From: Anaerolineae bacterium
GTDB lineage: Bacteria > Chloroflexota > Anaerolineae > B4-G1 > DUEL01
NCBI GenBank assembly: GCA_049972045.1
Contig: JBMFKS010000004.1
Span: 1 to 61,296, forward strand
Reading direction: 5' to 3'
DNA: 61,296 bases
Made by a program: the position numbers and the translations under genes. Of this stretch, positions 1 through 7,967 are shown piece after piece (positions within the stretch are counted from its first letter, which is position 1; each line of letters begins with the position of its first letter). Under the pieces are notes generated by a model, which worked only from the letters and a program-made list of their open reading frames with translations, searched no databases and was not told the DNA's origin.

Positions 1-203
1 AGCGCAGCGATGATGGGAAGGGTTTTCAAGTACTTCCTCGTCGCTGGGTAGTGGAGAGAACCTTTGGTTGGCTCGGTCGCTACCGACGGCTGAGTAAGGA
101 TTATGAAGGGTTGCCGGAGAGTAGCGAAGCGATGATCTACATCGCCATGATCCATCTGATGGTCAGACGGTTGACACGTCGCCCTCAGCCGATCCCGGCC
201 TGA
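1..203 (+). mobile_element. IS5/IS4-type DDE transposase, C-terminal end (truncated by window edge)
   Basis: Frame 3 reads ...[61 protein letters not shown] with stop TGA at 201-203. The [18 protein letters not shown] block is the signature C-terminus of IS5-family transposases. Confidence 0.75.
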
Positions 204-418
204 CCTGCCGGCCCGAGCCCATCCGTCTCTCCGGGACAAGATGATGGGAGATGGGCTACCTTCCCTCCCCGATCGCATGGCCCGCAGGGTCATCCGCGTG
301 CCATTAGCCATCCGTATGAGGCATCAGGCAGTCGGAAGGCGACCTGTCCATAGGTCTGCCAACCTTGTAACCGCAGGGGGATATCCACAATCGGGCTGCG
401 CTCGTCTCCATATTGTGT

Positions 419-532
419 TCAATCGTTAGGACAGCAGGACTTTTCAGACAAGCTCTGATCGCCCAGGCGGTGGACCCGGAGGGCGAAGGCGACCAGCAGG
501 CCCAACAGCAGGAGCCGGGTGTAGCGCTTCAT
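419..532 (-). pseudogene. N-terminal fragment of a PMT_2/ArnT-like membrane glycosyltransferase, truncated (possibly by the adjacent IS)
   Basis: ATG at 532 gives MKRYTRLLLLGLLVAFALRVHRLGDQSL, a typical GT39/GT83 N-terminus (..RL..LG.QSLW.DE). It then diverges into SEKSCCPND and stops after 37 aa. Confidence 0.3.
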
Positions 533-608
533 CTCACTCACTGTTGCGTCGCGGTCATTTTGGTCTATAATCCCTGTCGCCCTGTAAATCCCTCCCAGGA
601 GGTCGGTA

Positions 609-1661
609 ATGCTGCAGCCTTTTGATCCCACGCTCCCTCTCCCGCCCCAGGAGGCGGGGTGGGACGAAAATCTGCGCTTTGCCTACACTGAAGTGGATGC
701 CTTCTGGCTGACCCGCTGGAGCCCGGAGACGGGCTGGGAATCGGGCCGTCTCTATGAGCACCGGGGCGCAACTCTGGAACTCTCCCCCGGAGCGAACGTC
801 CTTTATTACGGCCAGGCCGTCTTTGAAGGGCTGAAGGCCCGACGGACACGGGCCGGGAAAATCGTCCTCTTCCGCCCGCAGGACAATGCCCGTCGTCTCC
901 GCGCCTCGGCGGCCCGCCTGGCGATGGAGCCACCCCCGGTGGACCTCTTTATGGAGGCGGTCACGGCAGTGGTGCGGGCTAACGTCCGCTGGATCCCTGC
1001 GCCGGAAAAGGGCAGTTTCTATCTTCGCCCCGTGCTGATCGGGACGGAGCCGGTGTTGGGCGTCCGGCCGTCGCAGGAGTACCTCTTCTACGTTTTCGGC
1101 TGCCCCGTCGGGCCGTATATGGGCGGGAATCGGCTGATCGTCCTCTCCGGCGTTCACCGCTCTGCGCCCTATGGCACGGGCACGGCCAAAGCGGCAGGCA
1201 ACTACGCCGGATGTCTCCGGCCCCAGAAAATCGCGCGGGAAATGGGCTATATGGACGTCCTCTATCTGGACGCGCGGGAGGACTGGTACATTGAAGAACT
1301 CACCGGCGCCAATTTCTTCGCGATTTTGAAGGACGGCACCCTGGTGACCCCGGCGCTGGGCTCCATTCTGCCCGGCGTGACCCGGGATTCCATCCTCACC
1401 ATCGCTCGCGAGGTCTTCGGCTGGGTCGCCGTGGAGCGGAAACTGGCGATAGACGAGGTCCTCCGCGACGCTGCCGAGGCCTTCTACGTGGGCACCGCGG
1501 CAGTCCTCTCCCCGGTGACCATCATCCACTACCAGGGGGAAGACCATCCCATTGGCAACGGCCAGCCCGGCCCCCGCGCCCAGATGCTCCGCCAGGCCCT
1601 GGAGGGGATTCAACTTCAGGAGCGGCCCGACCTGTGGGGCTGGGTGGTAGAGGTAGCCTGA
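609..1661 (+). CDS. ilvE: branched-chain amino acid aminotransferase (class IV PLP enzyme)
   Basis: 350 aa with the blocks YGQAVFEGLKARR, FRPQDNARRLRASAARLAM, FYLRPVLIGT, KAAGNYAGCL, GYMDVLYLD and ILPGVTRDS. SD GGAGG lies upstream and a TTGCGT-16-TATAAT promoter sits near 545-572. Confidence 0.92.
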   Translation: MLQPFDPTLPLPPQEAGWDENLRFAYTEVDAFWLTRWSPETGWESGRLYEHRGATLELSPGANVLYYGQAVFEGLKARRTRAGKIVLFRPQDNARRLRASAARLAMEPPPVDLFMEAVTAVVRANVRWIPAPEKGSFYLRPVLIGTEPVLGVRPSQEYLFYVFGCPVGPYMGGNRLIVLSGVHRSAPYGTGTAKAAGNYAGCLRPQKIAREMGYMDVLYLDAREDWYIEELTGANFFAILKDGTLVTPALGSILPGVTRDSILTIAREVFGWVAVERKLAIDEVLRDAAEAFYVGTAAVLSPVTIIHYQGEDHPIGNGQPGPRAQMLRQALEGIQLQERPDLWGWVVEVA

Positions 1662-2051
1662 ACAAAAAACTCCCGTCCCCGAAGGGACGGGAGTTTTTCT
1701 TCCCGCGGTACCACCCTTCTTGCCCCACACTTGACAATGGGGCCCCTCTGTCGGCGACCCCCGATCGCCGCGTCCCGATAACGGAGGACGACTCCGGCCG
1801 AGTCTACTGGGTTGGAAGTCGGGAGAGCGGTAAACTGGTACCTGGTAAGCGGGCTCGCTCCTCCCGCTTACCATTTCCCCCCAACCGTTCGGTCGGCGGC
1901 TCCGGAGGGATTTTCGGCCCAGCCCCCGCACCCGGCTCTCACCTCCCCCGGGCTCTCTGGAGCGGCGCCCCGGACCTACTCGTCTCCATCGTCGCCTTTG
2001 GCTTGTCTGCCATTTAAAGCCCGGCCGGTTATGCCCGCCCGGGCGCTCCGT
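1662..2051 (-). promoter_or_regulatory. T-box riboswitch leader, inferred Ile specifier AUC, with no sense-strand gene downstream (convergent with ilvE)
   Basis: Minus strand carries the exact T-box core GGGUGGUACCGCG (1715-1703). The antiterminator is AAGGG / 7-nt bulge UGGUACC / GCGGGA..UCCCGU / CCCUU and competes with the terminator. Stem I shows GACGAGUA, CCAGAGAG and GGUGAGAGCC. The specifier loop reads GAAA-AUC-C (AUC at 1911-1909), the same register as the thrS leader (GAAA-ACC-C). Confidence 0.85.
1670..1698. terminator. bidirectional intrinsic terminator shared by ilvE (+) and the convergent T-box leader (-)
   Basis: 10-bp stem CTCCCGTCCC / GGGACGGGAG with a CGAA loop. It has TTTTT on the plus side (1694-1698) and an A-rich run 1662-1669, which is the U-tract for the minus strand. 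Confidence 0.85.
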
Positions 2052-2056
2052 AGTCG

Positions 2057-2085
2057 ATTATGCCACAACTGGGGGATTTTGTCAA
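2057..2085 (-). promoter_or_regulatory. sigma-70-type promoter driving the convergent T-box leader
   Basis: Minus strand TTGACA (2085-2080), 17-nt spacer, CATAAT (2062-2057). Confidence 0.7.
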
Positions 2086-2163
2086 ACGGCGATGAGAGGT
2101 GAGAGGCTCAAAATGGGCTCACCAGGCGGGGAGGGTAGGTAGTGACGGCAAGCTATGCTTCCC

Positions 2164-2212
2164 TTGACTTTCCTGCCACATCGGTTATAATTGTAAATGA
2201 AAATCATTTGCA
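2164..2212 (+). promoter_or_regulatory. promoter plus Fur-family operator upstream of fur-feoAB
   Basis: TTGACT (2164-2169), 16 nt, TATAAT (2186-2191). It is followed at once by the 21-bp near-perfect palindrome TGTAAATGA-AAA-TCATTTGCA (2192-2212), AT-rich in a GC-rich genome. Confidence 0.65.
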
Positions 2213-2257
2213 ATAACAGGACTTCACCGTCAGGACTTACGCACTTACCCATGGAGC

Positions 2258-2488
2258 GCAGGCCGCCAGCCCCGCCCCGAGCCCTCGGGCCGAAGGCTTC
2301 GCCCCGAGAGCTCAGCCCGAGGGCTTCGCCCCGAGGGCTCAGCCCGAGGGGGCCCAAGGCCCCGCGAGGGGGAGCCTGTACAACGCAGGCACACAGCCTA
2401 CTGGTCAGTCAAGTTTCTTATGGGGCCGAATGGCCGACGCGGCCAGGGGCCCATGCAGGCCACAAGGCGTAGGGCAACTGCGCTACGC
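2258..2488 (+). repeat. composite intergenic repeat array (GC-rich family, then left arm and degenerate hairpin of MITE-2)
   Basis: GGGCCGAAGGC / GCCCCGAG units at 2258-2396. CCTACTGGTCAGTCAAGTTT...GGCCCATGCAGGCCACAAG plus GTAGGGCAACTGC at 2398-2488 match copies elsewhere in the window. Confidence 0.8.
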
Positions 2489-2575
2489 CAAAACTCGCAC
2501 CATTCGCATCTCGTGAACTGCGGAAGTCTGACCGTATAAAAGAGCGCAGCCCTTTACAAACCAGATTGGGAGAAC

Positions 2576-3019
2576 ATGAACGCAGAATCCACTTCGCTCA
2601 TTGCCGCCCTTCAGGCCAGCGGTCACCGCATCACCCGCCAGCGGCGGGTCGTCCTGGAGGTGCTGGAAGAGAGCCGGGAACACCTGGACGCCGAAAGCCT
2701 GTATCAGAAAGCCCGTCAGCGGGCTCCGCGCATCAGTCTGGCGACTGTATACCGCACTGTCGCCGTTCTGAAGCAGATGGGACTGGTTGCTGAATACTCG
2801 CTGGGAGAGGAGCATGGACATTTTGAGGCCGTTCCGGAGATACCGCACTACCACTTTACCTGTCTCGGATGCGGGCAGGTGGTGGAGTTTGATGCCCCGC
2901 AGGTGGCCTTGGCGATTGAGGAACTGGCCGAACGGGAGGGCCTGGAAGTCTGTGCGGTCCAGTTCTCCCTCACCGGCTATTGCGCCCGCTGCCGAACCGG
3001 AGGAAGAGATGAGCCGTGA
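2576..3019 (+). CDS. fur: Fur-family metalloregulator
   Basis: 147 aa with RITRQRRVVLEVL, ISLATVYRTV, HGHF, HHYHFTCLGCG and CxxC at the C-terminus. It lies directly upstream of feoAB. Confidence 0.85.
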   Translation: MNAESTSLIAALQASGHRITRQRRVVLEVLEESREHLDAESLYQKARQRAPRISLATVYRTVAVLKQMGLVAEYSLGEEHGHFEAVPEIPHYHFTCLGCGQVVEFDAPQVALAIEELAEREGLEVCAVQFSLTGYCARCRTGGRDEP

Positions 3020-3269
3020 GCCTGCCCACCCTTCTTCCAACCCTGTCCCGCTGAGCGCGCTGCGGACCGGGGAGGTGGGAGTCGTCGCCGCCCTCTCCGG
3101 CGGTCACAGCCTGCGCAGCCGGATGCTCACCCTCGGCCTCACCCCCGGTGCTGAGGTGACTATCCTGCAGAACTACGGGCGCGGTCCGATGATTGTCCGG
3201 GTGCGGGATACTCGCGTGGCCCTGGGACGAGGGGAGGCCGGGAAAGTGCTTGTCCGGAGGAAGTCATGA
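3009..3269 (+). CDS. feoA: ferrous iron transport protein A
   Basis: ATG at 3009 follows GGAGGAAGAG. 86 aa including LSALRTGEVGVVAAL..LGLTPGAEVTILQNYGRGPMIVRVRDTRVALGRGEA (FeoA SH3-like domain). It overlaps the fur stop. Confidence 0.85.
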   Translation: MSREPAHPSSNPVPLSALRTGEVGVVAALSGGHSLRSRMLTLGLTPGAEVTILQNYGRGPMIVRVRDTRVALGRGEAGKVLVRRKS

Positions 3270-5320
3270 GTGCCTGCCACACCGTTCGGGAGAGCGTTAC
3301 CCTGCCGGCCGTCCGGGAGCGCCCCATTCTGGTCGCACTGGCCGGCCAGCCCAATGTGGGCAAATCCACCCTCTTCAATCTCCTCACCGGCCTCCACCAG
3401 CACGTGGGGAACTGGCCCGGCAAGACGGTAGAGCGGAAAGAGGGACATTTCACCTTCCATGGCACTTCCTACCGGCTGGTGGACCTCCCTGGCACCTACA
3501 GCCTGACGGCCAACTCGCCGGAGGAACTGATCGCCCGGGAGTTCATCCTGCGGGAGCGACCCGATGTGGTGGTGGCGGTGGTGGACGCGGCGACGCTGGA
3601 GCGGAGCCTATATCTTGTGGCGGAACTCCTGCCCCTTCCGTCACCCGTCATTGTCGCGCTGAATATGATGGACGTCGCCCGGCAGGAGGGCATCCAGGTG
3701 GAGCCGGAGGTCCTGCAGGCCGCGCTGGGGGTGCCGGTAGTCCCGATGTCGGCAACGCACGGGATAGGGGTGCCGGAGTTATTGGAGACGGTGGAACAGA
3801 TGGCGCGCGGCGAACTCCCCTACACCCCGCGCCTTCCCCAGATTCGCCCCGACCACCGGGAAGCGCTGGAAATGGTGGAAGAACACATCGCCGGATACGT
3901 TCCGGAGCCGTATCCCCGGGAGTGGGTGGCACTGAAGTTGCTGGAAGGCGATCCCGAGGTGACCCGGATGATGCGGGAGGCCCTGCCGCCCGAGCGCTGG
4001 GCGGAAGTCCACGCACTCCTGCGGGCCCACGACGACGCGCAGGTGGCCGTCGCCAGCGGGCGGTACGAGTGGATCGGCCGCATGGTGCGCGCCGCCGTCA
4101 CCCGCCCGCGCATCGGGCAGATCGGGCTGACCGAGCGGCTGGACCGCTGGGCCACCCACCCCGTCGGGGGGCTGGTCATCCTGGCCGGGATCCTCGGGCT
4201 GGTCTTCTGGCTGACGTACACCGTTGGCGCGCCGCTGCAGGGATGGCTGGAGAACGGGGTCGGTGCTCTGGCAGAGGGGGTGCGCGGCCTGCTGGCCGGC
4301 ATGCCGACCTGGCTCTCCGGCCTCCTGGCCGACGGCATCATCGGCGGGGCCGGGGCTGTGCTCACCTTCCTCCCCATCCTGGTTATCTTCTTCGCGGCGA
4401 TGGCCTTTCTGGAGGACGTGGGCTACATGGCCCGCGCGGCCTATGTGATGGACGGCCTGATGCACCTCATCGGCCTCCACGGCAAATCGTTCCTCCCCCT
4501 CTTCCTGGGTTTCGGGTGCAACGTCCCGGCCATCCTGGGAACCCGGGTGATTGAATCCCATCGGGCCCGCCTGCTGACCATCCTGCTAGCTCCTCTGGTC
4601 CCCTGTACGGCGCGAATGGCGGTGATCGCCTTCCTGGCGCCGGCCTTCTTCGGCCGCGCCGCGCTGCTGGTCTCCTGGGGACTGATCCTGACTTCCATTC
4701 TCATTCTGGCACTCACCGGTGCGGTGGTCAACCGCCTGATGTTTCGGGGACAGCGGTCGGCTTTCATTATGGAACTGCCCCTCTACCACCTCCCCCATTG
4801 GCGGACGATTGGCTTCTCCGTCTGGCAGCGGAGCCTCTCCTTCGTCCGCAAAGCGGGGACGGTCATTCTGGCGGTGTCGGTGGTTGTCTGGGTACTCTCC
4901 ATTCTGCCCGGCGGGGGCGTGGAGGGGAGTTATCTGGCGCAAATCGGCCGCTGGCTGGAGCCGGTAGGCCGGCTGGCGGGACTGGACTGGCGGTTGGCAG
5001 TGGCGCTCCTGAGCGGTTTCGTGGCCAAAGAGAACTCCATTGCCACGCTGGGGGTACTCTTCCGGGCCGGGGAGGAGGGACTGGCAGGCCTGCTGGCGGC
5101 GACCTATCCGCCCGCCAGTGCGCTGGCCTATCTGGTGGTGCAGACGCTGTTTATCCCCTGCGTGGCGACGGTGGGGGCCATCCGCCAGGAAACAGCCTCC
5201 TGGCGCTGGACGCTGTTCAGCATCGGACTGTTGCTGGTCATCTCCCTGTTGGCCGGGGCCGTCACGTTTCAGGTCGCTCAGAGCGCAATTCCGCTGGCAT
5301 CGCGGCTTCTTACCCGATGA
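3266..5320 (+). CDS. feoB: ferrous iron transporter B (GTPase plus permease)
   Basis: 684 aa. The G-domain has GQPNVGKSTLFN and DLPG, followed by polytopic membrane domains. ATGA overlap with feoA. Confidence 0.93.
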   Translation: MSACHTVRESVTLPAVRERPILVALAGQPNVGKSTLFNLLTGLHQHVGNWPGKTVERKEGHFTFHGTSYRLVDLPGTYSLTANSPEELIAREFILRERPDVVVAVVDAATLERSLYLVAELLPLPSPVIVALNMMDVARQEGIQVEPEVLQAALGVPVVPMSATHGIGVPELLETVEQMARGELPYTPRLPQIRPDHREALEMVEEHIAGYVPEPYPREWVALKLLEGDPEVTRMMREALPPERWAEVHALLRAHDDAQVAVASGRYEWIGRMVRAAVTRPRIGQIGLTERLDRWATHPVGGLVILAGILGLVFWLTYTVGAPLQGWLENGVGALAEGVRGLLAGMPTWLSGLLADGIIGGAGAVLTFLPILVIFFAAMAFLEDVGYMARAAYVMDGLMHLIGLHGKSFLPLFLGFGCNVPAILGTRVIESHRARLLTILLAPLVPCTARMAVIAFLAPAFFGRAALLVSWGLILTSILILALTGAVVNRLMFRGQRSAFIMELPLYHLPHWRTIGFSVWQRSLSFVRKAGTVILAVSVVVWVLSILPGGGVEGSYLAQIGRWLEPVGRLAGLDWRLAVALLSGFVAKENSIATLGVLFRAGEEGLAGLLAATYPPASALAYLVVQTLFIPCVATVGAIRQETASWRWTLFSIGLLLVISLLAGAVTFQVAQSAIPLASRLLTR

Positions 5321-5801
5321 CGGCCAGGATCTCTCCCCCTGCGACCTCCTGACCCGGCCGGACGGGGAGGGAACGGACGATGCCGCCGCGCGGGGCCCGC
5401 AGTTCCAGGTGCATCTTCATAGATTCCAGCACCGCCACGACCGCCCCCGCTTCTATTTGCTCTCCCTCCGCCACCCGTACGTCTACCAGGAGTCCCGGCA
5501 GAGGGGCTGTCACCTGGCAGGAGCCTGGCGGGGCCGGACACGAGCCTTCTACCTCCGAGGGGGCCCCTCGGGGGGCTTCCACCGCCGTCCGATAGGCGCG
5601 CCCGGCCACGATGACGCGGTATTCCCCCCCCACCTCCTCTGCCACGGTCTCGTAGGAACGGTGACCCACCAGAAGAGAGAGGACAGCCCCCTCTAACCCT
5701 TCCACGTCCACCGGCATCGGGCGTCCGTTCACCCAGACCGTCCCATCCGGCCGGACATCCATCTCAAAGGTTCGCCCCTCCACCTCCACCCGGTATTTCA
5801 T
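5310..5801 (-). CDS. biotin carboxyl carrier / biotin-lipoyl attachment protein
   Basis: Start MKYRVEVEG at 5801. The C-terminus has the VLESMKM biotinylation motif. It lies downstream of accC. Confidence 0.8.
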   Translation of the reverse strand: MKYRVEVEGRTFEMDVRPDGTVWVNGRPMPVDVEGLEGAVLSLLVGHRSYETVAEEVGGEYRVIVAGRAYRTAVEAPRGAPSEVEGSCPAPPGSCQVTAPLPGLLVDVRVAEGEQIEAGAVVAVLESMKMHLELRAPRGGIVRSLPVRPGQEVAGGEILAVIG

Positions 5802-5836
5802 AGTTTCCCTGCTCCGTGCACCCGGCGACCCGGAAC

Positions 5837-7315
5837 TTAGGACATCTGTTCCCACCGGCCCAGCAACCGCCACCGGCTGATGGTCTCCTCCCGGCGACTT
5901 CCGGCCCGACGGCGCCAATCCGCCAGAACTGCCATCAGCGCGGCCGCGAGGACCTCTTCGTCCTCCGGCGGGGGCGGGACGAGCCTCTCCTCCTCCAGGA
6001 AGCGGGTATGGACCTGCCCCCCGAAAAAGCGGGGGCTGTTCATCAGCGCCCGATGCAGGTCCAGGTTGGTCGTCACACCCAGAATCTGGTATTCATCCAG
6101 CGCGCGGCGCATCCGGACGATCGCGACGCCGCGCGTCTCGCCCCACGTGATGAGTTTGGCCAGCAGGGAATCGTAATAGGAGGTGATGGTCATTCCCTCG
6201 CAGATGCCGCTATCCACCCGGATGCCCGGCCCGCCCGGCTCCCGGAGCCGAAGGATGCGCCCGACGGAGGGTGCGAAATCCCGATCGGGGTCCTCCGCCA
6301 GGATGCGGCATTCCAGCGCCCAGCCGCGGGGGCGGATGTCCCACTGCCGGTAGGGGAGTTCCCGTCCAGCGGCGATGCGGAGTTGCTCCTTGACGATGTC
6401 CACCCCCGTAACAACCTCGGTGACGGTATGCTCCACCTGCAGGCGAGGGTTGACCTCAATAAAGTAGAACCGCCCATCCGGGCCCAGGAGGAACTCCACG
6501 GTCCCTGCGCCCACATAGCGGACGGCCCGCATCAGGGTGACGGCGGCCCGAGAAAGCCGCTTCCGCAGGTCCGGCGTCACCGCGCGGGAGGGAGACTCCT
6601 CCACCAGTTTCTGGTGGCGTCGCTGGATGGAGCACTCCCGCTCCCCCAGGTGAATTACATGGCCGCGCGAATCGGCGAGAATCTGGATCTCAATGTGGCG
6701 GGCCTGTTCCACCTGGCGCTCCAGGTAGAGGGCATCGTCGCCGAAGGCGTTGCGGGCCTCCCGACGGGCCAGAGGGATGGCCGTCTCCAGTTCCTCCCGG
6801 GAGCGGGCGACCCGGATGCCGATGCCTCCGCCCCCGGCGGCGGCCTTGAGAACAACGGGATACCCCATGCGGTCCGCCGCCGCCAGCAACTCCCGATCTT
6901 CCAGCGGGTGGTCCGTTCCCGGCAGGACAGGGATGCCCAGCCGCCGGGCCAACCGTCGCGCGGCGACCTTATCCCCCAGCAACTCCAGCGCCTCCGGCCG
7001 GGGCCCGACAAAGATGAGACCCGCCTCGGCGCAAGCGCGAGCGAAAGCGGCCGATTCGGCCAGGAATCCGTAGCCGGGGTGGACGGCCTGGGCTCCCGCC
7101 TTCCGCGCGACCTCTATGATGCGGTCGGCGCGCAGGTAACTCTCCCGCGCCGGCGGCGGGCCGATACAGTAGGCCTCGTCGGCATAGCGGATGTGCAGAG
7201 AACTCCGGTCCGCCTCGGAGTAGACGGCGACCGTTTCCAGGCCCAGTTCCCGGCAGGCCCGCAGCACCCGAACAGCAATTTCTCCCCGGTTGGCGACAAG
7301 GACTTTGCGGATCAT
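5837..7315 (-). CDS. accC: biotin carboxylase
   Basis: 492 aa beginning MIRKVLVANRGEIAVRVLRAC, with ATP-grasp and biotin carboxylase blocks throughout. Confidence 0.93.
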   Translation of the reverse strand: MIRKVLVANRGEIAVRVLRACRELGLETVAVYSEADRSSLHIRYADEAYCIGPPPARESYLRADRIIEVARKAGAQAVHPGYGFLAESAAFARACAEAGLIFVGPRPEALELLGDKVAARRLARRLGIPVLPGTDHPLEDRELLAAADRMGYPVVLKAAAGGGGIGIRVARSREELETAIPLARREARNAFGDDALYLERQVEQARHIEIQILADSRGHVIHLGERECSIQRRHQKLVEESPSRAVTPDLRKRLSRAAVTLMRAVRYVGAGTVEFLLGPDGRFYFIEVNPRLQVEHTVTEVVTGVDIVKEQLRIAAGRELPYRQWDIRPRGWALECRILAEDPDRDFAPSVGRILRLREPGGPGIRVDSGICEGMTITSYYDSLLAKLITWGETRGVAIVRMRRALDEYQILGVTTNLDLHRALMNSPRFFGGQVHTRFLEEERLVPPPPEDEEVLAAALMAVLADWRRRAGSRREETISRWRLLGRWEQMS

Positions 7316-7348
7316 GCGGATTCCGTGGTTTCGTGGTCCGCTTTGCGG

Positions 7349-7927
7349 TTAGGGGCGATGGGATTGCACCAGTGCCCACGCCGACGGGAGCGCCAGGACC
7401 GCCAGGGTGAGTTTGAGCAGGTCGCCCGGGATGAAGGGCCAGAGCCCCATTATCAGCGCCCGCTCCGGACCGACAAGGCAGGCCAGCCAGGGCAGGCCAA
7501 AGAGGTAAATCACCAGATTGCCCGCCAGCATGGCCAGCACGGCCGTGAGGACCCGCCGGTCCCAGCCGCGCTCGCAGAGCCACCCGGTCACGGCCGCTGC
7601 AGCCACAAACCCCACCAAGTATCCCCCCGTCGGTCCGAGGAGTCGGGCCAGGCCGCCGCTTCCCCCCGCGAAGACCGGCAACCCGGCAATGCCCTCCAGC
7701 AGGTACAGGCCGAGGGCCAGCGCTCCCCGGCGGCTTCCCAGCAGGGCGCCCACCAGCAGAACGCCGAATGTTTGCCCGGTGATCGGCACCGGCGTAAAGG
7801 GCAGTGGGATGGCTATCTGGGCCATCAGGCCGACCCATACACTTCCGCCACCGATCAACAGCGCGTCATAAACCAGTGTTCTGGTTCCGATCAGCGTGTC
7901 CACCAGTGTCCCGCTTCCTTTTTCCAT
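7349..7927 (-). CDS. bioY: biotin transporter BioY
   Basis: Contains PFTPVPITGQTFGVLLVGALLG, GGYLVGF and other BioY membrane protein motifs. Start MEKGSG at 7927 is preferred over 7963 because of the GGGAGGGG SD. Confidence 0.8.
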   Translation of the reverse strand: MEKGSGTLVDTLIGTRTLVYDALLIGGGSVWVGLMAQIAIPLPFTPVPITGQTFGVLLVGALLGSRRGALALGLYLLEGIAGLPVFAGGSGGLARLLGPTGGYLVGFVAAAAVTGWLCERGWDRRVLTAVLAMLAGNLVIYLFGLPWLACLVGPERALIMGLWPFIPGDLLKLTLAVLALPSAWALVQSHRP

Positions 7928-7967
7928 TGCCCCTCCCGTCCGACGAAATGCGCAGTACGCCATACGT

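Noticed and set aside
555-1931. 458-aa minus-strand ORF overlapping ilvE, together with similar long ORFs such as 3193-4554(+), 5816-8044(+), 7896-9626(+), 13102-14370(-), 21804-23165(+), 25513-27036(+), 37502-39388(+), 42045-43328(-), 48803-49885(-) and 59974-61143(-).
   Set aside because: They are Arg/Gly/Pro-rich low-complexity translations. Each lies antisense to or out of frame with a gene that has clear family motifs, which is the typical open-frame artefact of high-G+C DNA.
1700-2050. An approximately 390-nt structured non-coding region, first considered as RNase P RNA, tmRNA, SRP RNA or a cobalamin riboswitch.
   Set aside because: It lacks the universal RNase P CR-I/CR-IV strings (GAGGAAAGUCCGGGC, ACAGAANCCGGCUUA), tmRNA tRNA-like ends, the SRP GGAA-tetraloop helix and a B12 box. 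The minus strand instead contains an exact T-box core, antiterminator and terminator.
2197-2472. 91-aa ORF (..PRALGPKASPRELSPRASPRGLSPRGPKAPRG..) and its 91-aa minus-strand partner at 2082-2357.
   Set aside because: Both are encoded entirely by the GC-rich repeat array. The periodic low-complexity peptide reflects the DNA repeat rather than a protein.
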